Assembly (NCBI RefSeq): GCF_009834535.1
Contig: NC_045698.1
Coordinates: forward strand, 3,412,001 to 3,476,000
Reading direction: 5' to 3'
Source of the DNA: Camelus ferus
Lineage: Eukaryota
Length of the DNA stretch: 64,000 nucleotides
Shown: positions 37,801 through 47,159 of the stretch, one piece after another
How positions within the stretch are numbered: the first letter of the stretch is position 1
Layout: the number at the start of each line of letters is the position of its first letter
Notes under the pieces: generated by a model
What the model was told of the DNA's origin: nothing
Database searches by the model: none
What the model saw: the letters and a program-made list of their open reading frames with translations, nothing else
Translations under genes and position numbers: made by a program

Positions 37801-39928
37801 TTGTAGGTCGAGTGTTCTGTGGTCCTTCTACACCCAGCTCACCGCGTGCCCTCGTCTCAGCGCCCACCCTGGCCCCCAGGCTGCAGTCTGCCCTCCGTCT
37901 GGAAAGAGCGTTGAAATCGGGAACTGAGAAAACTGAAAAACATTCTGACTGTAAATGATGAAAAAAATGTTTCTTTCTTCACAATGAAGAGATTCATTTT
38001 GGCAGTATTCAAAAGGGGGGAAAGTTCCTAAAAGTGAATCCTTTTAGACCAGCCATTCTTTCATTCCATCTGTTGAACTTATAAACAGAGAGCCCGTGGG
38101 TGTCCTCATGTGACTGGAGTTAGACTCGGGAAGTCTGATTCCCTTGCGGGCTATGTCTGACACAATTAGTGGTAATTAGAGATCCTTGTTTCCCGAGCAC
38201 GCGATGCCCTGTACTCCGGACGCAGGGTCCTCTGCCTCCTGCAGAGCCCTCGCCAGCCTGAGGTCTCCCTGGGGCAGCTTGCTGCAGGGCGCGCTGGGCT
38301 GGGCGCTAGTCAGGACCCGTGTGTACCTGAGTGCGTGCGAGGGGGGCTCTAGGGCCATCCCCAAAGCCCTTCTGTAAATAATTCTTCCACTTTTGAAGAG
38401 TGTTTTCAAATAAATGAATAAGAGAGAGAGAGAGAGAATGAGGGCGCGCAGGAGCCAGCCCCTGCACAGCCAGAGGGCTCTGCCGTCCCTGCCCAGGACG
38501 TCTGGCGCCGCAGGACCGCCACAGGCAAGAGCCACCTACAGGCCCAGGGCAAGCTGGGCAAAGAGGCCAGAGACCACTGCCACCAATTCCCTCTCCATCC
38601 TGCTCTCCCAAATACACAAAACAGGCAAAGCTGGGTTAAACTGAACCATGAGGGACACCAGAATCATGAAGCACGAACCCAGACTCCCGGGACCTACTGG
38701 AGGTTAGAGGTCAAGAAGGCCAGGAACAGTCGGTGGAGCAGAGAGGTCACAGGCACAGCACGTGCTTGGGAACAAGCGCTGGCACACGGTGCACTCGCGC
38801 TCCAGCGCAGACGCATGCGGGGGTTGGGGCGGCACACACAGGCCGGCACTGACGCGCGTACGCGTGTACATGCGTGCTCATATTCAAACGTACACACGTA
38901 CGTCCTTCAGTAGGCGTAGAACACGCTCTGGCTTCATAGCCAGGCTGGTGACTGAGTGTCTGCTGCTCCCTCGGCCTCCTTGCAAGACCCGCCCGGTGGC
39001 GGCACTGTCCTGGGCCAGGACCAAACCGCGACCCCAAAGCCTCCCATCGACCGATCGACCCGCTGTACCCAGGCAGCCAGCAGCCCCTGCACAGGCACTC
39101 CTAGCAAGGCCGGTCAAGGGCGACCGAGAAGCGGCAAGGGAGCCCAGGGCAGACTGCGTGGAAGACGGTGTTCCTCGACCCCCTTGTCTTCCATCACTTC
39201 ACAAGCCCCGAGTAACACACAACCGTGTATACCCAGATCCACGCGTCCCCAAGAAGATCCTAGCGCCTCTATTTCTCAGCCGATCTCCCTCGGGGCAGGA
39301 GGACCGACCCAGCTGAGCCCAGGCGCCCTCCCACCGCATTCCGGCGGGCGGCAGGTGTCTGGCCTTTGGATGCGCAGCTCCAGCCCAAGGGAGTGGGGCT
39401 CGGGTAGAGCCGGGGGCGGTGCGGCCAGGTGCCAGCCAGTCCAGCAGCGGACTGCAGGTCCAGAGGGTCCCGGGTGGGCGCTCGGCCCAACCTTCTCGCC
39501 CCTCTCCCGCCCCCGGCCATCCTCTCCAGCCGCGTGCCCTCGGGACCGCCGGCAAGGCATCGACTGCTGCGAGCGCGCGGTCCTCCTCCCCTCGCGCCCC
39601 ACCCCGGCGCCCTCTCTCTTGCCTCTTTCCTCCCCCGTCGCTTCTCCCCTCCCGTCCTCGCCCTCCCACCTCCTGCCCTCTTCTGCCCTGCCCTCCCCCT
39701 CCCCGGCTCTCCCACGGTGCGGGCGGGTTCTCCGCCGCCGCCCCCGCCGCCGCGGCCACCACTCCGCCCCCCGCGCGGCGCGGAGCCGCAGTAATAAGCC
39801 CGGCGCGGGCGGCGCAGCCACTGCGGGGCATCGTCCTGCGCGCGGGCCGGGTCGGTCCTCGGTGGCCACTTGCACGCCGCCGGGCTGGGGAGCATCCCGC
39901 GGCCCCGGGCCCCTCCGAGCGCCCCTGG

Positions 39929-40060
39929 ATGAAGCCGTGCGTTATCCCCGCGGGGGCGCAGCGCCGGCGGCGGGCGCGGGGCGCGAAGGGCAGCCCCGCC
40001 ATGCGGGTCCCCGGCTGCGCGGCGCTCTGGTTGCTGCTGCTGGCTCAGGTGGGTGTGCAG
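39929..40060 (+). CDS. ADAMTS16: ADAMTS16 coding exon 1 (signal peptide); alternative in-frame ATG at 40001
   Basis: MKPCVIPAGAQRRRRARGAKGSPA-MRVPGCAALWLLLLAQVGVQ, then CAG|GTGAGT donor (phase 0). It matches the remembered human N-terminus MKP...AALWMLLAQVAEQ. Confidence 0.88.
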
Positions 40061-40147
40061 GTGAGTCCGCGACTCCGGGGCAGGGTCCCCAAGGCGCCCC
40101 TGGCTCAGACCCCGTCTCACCGAGGTGTCGCCGCTGTTTTCCAGCAG

Positions 40148-40250
40148 GCACCTGTGTGCGCCGTGGGACCCGCAGCGACCTCGCCCGGGAACCCGAGCGT
40201 CCGGCGTCCTCCTGGTCCCGCGGAGCGGCTGGGCTGGGTGGAAAAGGGCG
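40148..40250 (+). CDS. ADAMTS16: ADAMTS16 coding exon 2 (103 nt)
   Basis: Acceptor ttttccagcag|, translation APVCAVGPAATSPGNPSVRRPPGPAERLGWVEKG plus 1 nt, donor GCG|GTAAGT. Similar to remembered human APACAMGPAAAAPGSPSVPRPPPPAERPGWMEKG. Confidence 0.93.
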
Positions 40251-41271
40251 GTAAGTCTGCGACGGGGGGTGGAATCCTTGCAGTAGAAGCTCGTGAACCC
40301 CCTTAGCGCTGGTTTACAGGGTGCTGCAAATGTTGACAACTCTAGGAACTTTCTGTAAGATGCTGCAGTGCATCCAACCTGTGAGTCAACTCTCACCAAT
40401 AGTTATAGTTTCCCTGTAAAACAGAAGCAGGTTTACCAGCGTTATTACCATAAACATTAGGGAAGAAAGTAAGGAAATGCACCTATTTAAAAAAATTAAA
40501 GATGGAAGGGATAGTCTTGGAGTTGTATTAGTGTATACCTCAAAGCAATTATAAGCAGCTTATTTCGCCCTTCTCATCCCCTCAGCTCCCTGCCCCTCCT
40601 GTTTCCCCATGACCTTTTAACTTGAACATCCTTCACTGTCACAGCAGGGAGCATCAGCCAGCCACTGTTGCCCAGCACTTCTTAGTATCCAAACGGATGC
40701 TCTTCGGAGTTGGGCATAATTGAAACATAGTAGTTCACGGAATGGGTAATTAGCGTTTTGTGACGTCAGAAGCAATGTCCAAGGTTGTGCCACGATTTGG
40801 CATAAAGGCAAGTCTGACCCTTCTGCAATGTGTGGTTTTACATTCGCCGTTCACAGGGAACATTTATCATTCCATGTCTCACTGGAAGTACTTCTCCATC
40901 CTGAGCTACTTTAGGGTAAACGAGAAAGCAGGCGTGCAACGTCAGTTGCTAGCTGATTTTTATCTGAACCCAGTCCATTGGCAGTTGTTAACTATGAGTA
41001 CTTTGCATCATTTCCAACTATTAATTACCATCTCAAATGTTACTAGTGACTTACAGAAGAAGAATTAGGTTTGATTATCCCAACATAGTTGCAGAAAACT
41101 GGAAAATTTGAGTCAATAATTCAGAATTCCTGCGTCTTGATAACGTTCCACAAAGACAGTAATTAAATATTTGCATTAATCATTGAGATTCTCTCTTCCT
41201 GAATGCTGTATGAATAGCCTATAAATAAAGTGATAAATCAGATGAATGCTGGAACGTGGGACCTTTTTGGG

Positions 41272-41290
41272 GGCCACCAGAGGGCGCTAG
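41272..41290 (+). promoter_or_regulatory. CTCF motif in ADAMTS16 intron 2
   Basis: GGCCACCAGAGGGCGCTAG is essentially the CTCF core consensus, with its CpG retained in an AT-rich context. Confidence 0.75.
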
Positions 41291-42444
41291 ATGTAAATGA
41301 GAGAAAATGTTTAAAAATTGCTTGTCACCATGTTTTTGCAAGAGAAAGCTAATCTGTTTAAAGCTCACCTTCTTGGGCTTGCCGTTGTCTTCTTTAATGA
41401 TTCATGCTACTATATAATCATTCATATTGTAGTCAGTTGTCCTTCCCCACTTAAAAAAAAAAGATTTTTGTGAAAATTCTAGTTTTCTAAAATCATGAAT
41501 ATTCCTGAAGGTCTCAGGAGGTTTTTCAGAGTGCAATCTAGCATTTACGAAGTTTTCTGTTAGGTGAGAGCATTAGAGAACCACTTCCAGGAGGAGAAGC
41601 CAAGACTTCCTTCCTGCCCCAGTGTGCCCTCCTTCCGCAAGCTGGACCCCTGGCTGCCTGGCACGTGCATCTAATCCCCTGGCATCTCAGCTGGTGTCCT
41701 GAGCCCGGCGTTCCCATGACAACCATTTACCTCCCTTGCTCAGAACCTCAAGGGGAAGGTGTGAGTCTTCATCAGTGATGTCCTGAGGTTCTAGCTTAGG
41801 GGACACACACCCCCGCCCCTCCCCCCCACCATGCAAGTGTTTCCTGTCTTCAGTTACAGAAGGCTCAGTGGAGAGGGCGGGGCTCAGTGGGAAGCGTTCG
41901 CACCCCGGAGAACAGAGTCTTGCTGCGCAGCGCGTCACCTCTTTTGACCTAGGGCAGCAGAGCTGGAGGAGGCTTTGTGCGACGCTGCTGTTAGCTTCCT
42001 GCCGGATGTCTAGGTATCCATTCAAAACCCCACATCGGCACTGAAGTATCTCTTTTGGCCATAAGGTTTGTTTACCACATATTTCAACCTGTCTTTCCCA
42101 TGGCGCTGGGTGTCTGCAGTAATTTCGCACTAAGAGAGAGAACCCCATGTATTCTGTGAGACAACAGGAGGAAACTGAGATCAGTTCTGTTTTTAGACAT
42201 GAAGTGCACCCACTTCATTCTGGCTGATCCACATCGCTTTGCCTTAATAGGAGACTTGAATGCTTGTCCCGCAGATTTACCTTGGGTCTTGTTAAGAGCA
42301 GAGACATAGCGCAAGTTTGTTAACTTCCAGGTCATGGGTCAGAAGTTCTTGAGGACTATGCGTCCTTGGACGTGAGCGACGTGTGTTTGTGTGTGTGCAC
42401 TGAAGTTTATATTGATTCCTACTCACACACCCACACAACACGAG

Positions 42445-42654
42445 ACCAGCTGGCCTGGCGGTGAGCTTGTTAATGGTTAGCAACAGGCTCTCGGGGCTCT
42501 GGTTTGTAACCTTTGCTGGTTCCCAAGGGCTAAATACGCCCACTGTGGCTGATTCCGAGCTATGGAGGCACTGCCCTTGAACACAGAGTTAGGACGCCAC
42601 GTGCAAAATCGGTTCTCTGCAGCTAGCACAAGCCAGGCTGAGCATACTCACTGG
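42445..42654. mobile_element. hAT-type MITE remnant (MER63-like)
   Basis: Right end 'aatcggttctctgcagctagcacaagccaggctgagcatactcactgg' resembles the remembered MER63 terminus. Degenerate. Confidence 0.45.
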
Positions 42655-43099
42655 AGGTCCACGCCTCCTGCACTGAGTTTGGGACTGGGGTGTCTCTGGA
42701 CTTGCTGTTGTGGTCAAGAAACCTCTTAAAATCCAGCAGTCCAGGGTGCTGACTGGTACAGCCATGTGTGAGTCTTTTCAGCTTATGGAAAGCCTCTGTA
42801 GAACTGGGGTCTCACTGAAGGATTGTCAAGGGTCAGGAATCTCAGTAATGCTTTTCTCTTGAAATCACCAAACAGTAGTTCGGGGTATTATCATCTTAAA
42901 ACCTAAGCTCGGGAGTCAGTTTAAAACTGTGAGTTCACTGTGATGATATATTAACTTCTCTGGGAACAGCAGGAAGTGTGTATGGTGAGAAGCTATGCTT
43001 GCTTTGTTCATTCACTGAATTCTTTGGCTCTGACCTCTTTCACATTCATCTGCACGTAACCAAGAGAGCCTGTTTGACACCAAGGACCGTGCTCTGGTG

Positions 43100-43313
43100 G
43101 AATCAGGGTTTCCTGGCACTGCTGATGCTTTGTTGTGGGAGTCTGCCCTGTGCGTGAAAGGATGTGTAGCCACATTCCTGGATTCACCCAACAGATTCCA
43201 AAAGCACCACGCTCCCCTCCTGCTTTGTGACAATCACAGTGTCTCCAGACATAGCCAAGTGTCTCTTGGGGGTTGGGGGCAGGGTAGCACCCTTGTTGGG
43301 AACCACCGGACTA
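43100..43313. mobile_element. MER20 (hAT-Charlie) DNA transposon remnant
   Basis: 'ttgttgtgggagtctgccctgtgcgtgaaaggatgtgtagc...tgtgacaatcacagtgtctccagacatagccaagtgtc...gttgggaaccac' follows the MER20 consensus as I recall it. Confidence 0.8.
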
Positions 43314-46300
43314 AACGTTCACCTGTATTCACCCTCAATCTCAGGAAGGAATGTGACTGATGTCAAGGGGTGGCTTTGTGGTGGTTCGAGCTGGTGTGCT
43401 GGGCAGGGTCAGGCCAGGTCCCCAGGGCTGACTGTTACCTTATAGGAACTCTGTGAGCTGGTTCCTTGGAAACTAAACTATGTAAACTCACAGTGAAATA
43501 AATATATTGAACATGAAATGAATGTAAACATTTTCCTTATTCATTGCATAGTGTTTCCTACCTTGTCATAAATAAATTTCTTATATATAATTGGACAAAA
43601 AAACCCCAAAATTAAAACACTGAGAACTCGTCACCTTACAGCTCTGTGAGTTCTTGGTTTTCTGCCTTCTTGAGGTTCCTTGCCTGCACTGTGTCTGCAT
43701 GGTGGAAATTCTTTATAAGGACGTGCTGTCATACAAGCCTTGAAACTCCGTCTTCAGTGATGTCCCGTTGGCAATCCACAGCAGCTACGGGGGGAGTTTG
43801 TATCCCAGGGAAATTGGCAGATGCTTTAAACTAGGCTATTCCTCCCCCACCCTGCCACCCCCACAACTGGTCATCAAACATGTGTTGGCACAACACTGGG
43901 TTTCTCTAAAAGAGGTTTAAAAGTTGCTATTTTGAAAAAAAAAAAATAGAAATACGCCCCCCCACTATAAAGGATGAAGATTGTATGTCCTCCAAAATAA
44001 AGGTCATAAGAATATAGCTTTAAGTCACCTGGGAACAATTCAATTTTTTAATCGTAATAATCTTTTTCTGTGCAGTGAATTGGCTCATTAGCCAATGTTT
44101 GGAACAGTCCACATGCTTTGTCTTGATTCCGTGGACTCTTTTGGGATGGAAACAGGCTAGTGGGGAAGTGCAGACACTCCCCAGAGCCCGCGCGGCAGGG
44201 CAAAATGTGTTAACGTGACTGCAGCACGCCAGCTGTTCCCGTCAGTCCAGAGAGCCAGGGGTGAGGAAGGCGGTGGGAAAGTGCACACTGGATAGGCAAG
44301 CGCTTTTCCCTTTTTTTAGGAGTGGTCCAGACAGACTGTGATCACATACTTACACTGGCCCTTTAATTCCTAATTTGTACCCCCCTATTTTTTTTTATTA
44401 TTGCATGCAATTTAACCAGATTTGTTTTACTTTTTTCGTTTTCCGAAGTGACATATGGAACAACCCTGATGCACTTTGTCGTATCAGACACAGTGTCCCA
44501 CTTTGACACGTACTTCAAAGACTGGTTGTTGCGTCTGCCAGCCAGAACCTCCTGCCTGTCTAGTCTGCATGGGGTCCAGCTCACCTGCTACCTGTGTGAG
44601 GCGCCAGGCCCCTGGGCCCAGGAGTGATCCCGGGGGGGTCAGAGATCAAAGCTCTTGACCTAAGAAGCAGGTTGAACAGGCCACCACTGAGGCCTTGGTT
44701 ATTCTGCCACCTCATGGGGTTGGGTGCCGGGCCCCTGACTCTCACCTCGCCATGGGCTTCCGCACAGGGGGCTCTGGGCAGTGCCTCACATCCATGGCCC
44801 CCCTGCCTCTCCCAAACCCAGACACACGCCTGCTATGGCCATCCACAGGTTGCCACCTGCTCTGTTCCAGCGTAACCCCTCAGTCACCTGCCAGGACTGC
44901 ACGGGGATACGCAGGCAAGTATATATATCAAGAGTTTGGGTTGCAAAGAAAAATGTCTTATTCCAGAAAAAATAATTACCCGAGTCCTGTGACTCATGAT
45001 CAAATGTCATTCTGTAGGATCTTGTTTTGTTTTGTCTCATGACTCCAAGAAGCAGGACCAACTCATGCTGAAGGCCCAGTTATTAAGTGTCTAACAGAGC
45101 AGTCTCTTGAGAGCATAAATTGATAATAAAGGAAGAATATATATGCTTTCTTAGGATATTAGAACCAGGATGAGAGTATTTGAATTGGGTCTTGTTGTCC
45201 ATATAACAAGAAGCTGTGTTTTGTCTTTGAAGACTGTCCACCTCAGTGTAGGGCTAGCCTTCTGATGCTGGGGCCCGGCGTGCGTTTCAAAGGCATCTCA
45301 GCGGGAGCTTGGAGGAGACCCGACGTCTTGCTTGCCTGTTACTTTCTGGCATTTAGACACAGTGCAACCCAGGAAGCAGGCCCCTGTCCAGACATGCGCA
45401 GGCCCGTCGCTAGGGTGCAGATGGAGACACATACCAGATATTGTTTACATATATGAAAGGCGCAAACCAAGCTAACAGATTGTCAACTAAAATATTCCAG
45501 AGCCTCAGCTTTGACAAGTCTACCTGCACATGGCCTCAGAGTCCAGTCCCAGTTTAGAACATGGCGGTGTGGGACGCTCTGATCCCGGCGTGAAGTCCTC
45601 CCCTACGTCTCTGGTCCACATTTGGTCCCACCCACCCAGGAAACACCTCTCCCTGACCTCTGAGTGGGGGAGATGATGTATTGATGGTGGCAGTGAAAGG
45701 AAAATTCCTGGCCGTAGCAATGAAAGCTAAATGACTCTAGAAAGGAGGAAGCCTCTTTGGAGAAGACAGCGGCGCTGCTCTGAGAAAGGCAGAGGAGACC
45801 CCTGCCCAGATGCCACAGACGTTCCCCCCATACTTTGAGCAGAGAGGAGAGTGACTCACAGGCACACAGCACAGAGCCCGGCCTGTGTGTGTGTGCAGCC
45901 CGGCAGAACGTATGGGTGCTCTGCCAGCTCCTTGGGGTTTCCCTTCCTTTGACGTTTTACAAATAAACCATTTATCTGAGCACATTTTAGCCCAGTATAA
46001 TTTACATTAGAGCGGGGAGAAGAGTGGTGTATGTCTTTGGATGGCCCTGAAGTGTGAAATACGGTCAAGTGCCCAGAACGCAGGCCACTCGGAGGGCCAG
46101 CGGTGGTTTCCACCGGGAGCAAATCCACATCCAAGCATCTCCCAACATGAACATTTCTTTGGGTTGAGTTCCGTGGAAGTTTGTCACTTACGTGTGTTCC
46201 AAAACTATTGAAACTATGAGACTGTGAAACTATGAACCATGAGTATCAGGGCTAAGGGATAGTTCCTCTTGATAAATAAACAATTAACAAATTTTTAAAA

Positions 46301-46833
46301 AGACTAGACTATGTGCATTCTGCCTTTTCTCCTGTAGTTCTGTGATTCATAATTAGGTATTTTGAAATTAAGCACCAAAGAATGGCCATCATATTTGTCT
46401 TTTTAACTGTTTTCTGCAAAAATCATCAGTATTTTTAAGATATAATTTCTTAGCAGTGGAATGAAGGTATTGATAAAAGGCAATAGGATGAAAGGAATGT
46501 TTAGAACTATAAAAATGAGTCCTTATTATAATTACTCTAAAGTAATTACTCTGTAATCCGAAAAGTCCACCCTTAGCTTCAGTTGGCCTGCAATCTGTTT
46601 TTCCTTAGATGTGTCGGAGCACTTGCTGGATCGGTGGTAACACATTGTAGGGATGAGCGTGACCTCCTGAAAGGCCCTGCGGAGATCGTCCCTTCCAGCT
46701 CTGATTTTACGCATTCCACAGTTTCCTTTTCTGCAGGATGAAAATACCATCAGGCCATAAATTGTATTTGAAAACTTCCTGACCCTTTCCAGAATTCTGA
46801 AATCACTCAGCGCATCCCCTCTCTCGCTTTCAG

Positions 46834-47159
46834 AGTATGACCTGGTGTCTCCCTACGAGGTTGACCCCGATGGCAACTACGTGTCCCACGAGATCACGCA
46901 CCCGCAGAGGAGGAAACGGGCGCTGGCGCAGCGCGGGGTGGACGCTCTGCACCTTCGGCTGAAAGGCTTCCGGCGCGACTTCCACATGGATCTGACGACT
47001 TCCGGCAAGCTGGTGGCCCCGGGATTCCTCGTGCAGACCCTGGGAAAGGGGGGCACCAAGTCGGTGCGGACTTTCCCGCCCGAGGACTTCTGCTTCTACC
47101 AGGGTTCCCTGCGATCCCACGAAAGCTCCGCGGTGGCTCTTTCAACCTGCAAAGGCTTG
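46834..47159 (+). CDS. ADAMTS16: ADAMTS16 coding exon 3 (326 nt, M12B propeptide region)
   Basis: Acceptor ctctctcgctttcag|, phase 1 matching exon 2 (G+AG = Glu). Translation EYDLVSPYEVDPDGNYVSHEITHPQRRKRALAQRGVDALHLRLKGFRRDFHMDLTTSGKLVAPGFLVQTLGKGGTKSVRTFPPEDFCFYQGSLRSHESSAVALSTCKGL. Donor TTG|GTGAGT (phase 0). RRKR convertase site at 46908-46919; ADAMTS prodomain motifs CFYQG and VALSTC. Confidence 0.96.

Larger units (their letters stand above)
38780..40310 (+). promoter_or_regulatory. ADAMTS16: ADAMTS16 CpG-island promoter and 5' UTR
   Basis: Very high GC/CpG spanning exons 1-2. GC boxes and EGR/WT1-type motifs (CGCCCCCGC 39739-39747, GCGGGGGCG 39950-39958). A lone AT patch 'taataa' at ~39793-39798 may act as a TATA-like element. 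The TSS cannot be fixed from sequence. Confidence 0.85.

Noticed and set aside
38762..40399. Long overlapping ORFs of 184-432 aa on both strands
   Set aside because: Pro/Arg/Ala/Gly-rich products expected from stop-poor CpG-island DNA. Only the frame containing ADAMTS16 exons 1-2 has recognisable homology.
44079..44096. ATTGGCT-catt-AGCCAAT palindrome as an NFI site
   Set aside because: Spacer between TTGGC and GCCAA is 6 nt rather than the canonical 5, and 7-bp arms are expected by chance.
46715..46833. Upstream alternative acceptors (ttttctgcag at 46736, ctttccag at 46792) before exon 3
   Set aside because: Both would shift the frame. The acceptor at 46833 fits phase and homology, and there is no evidence the others are used.
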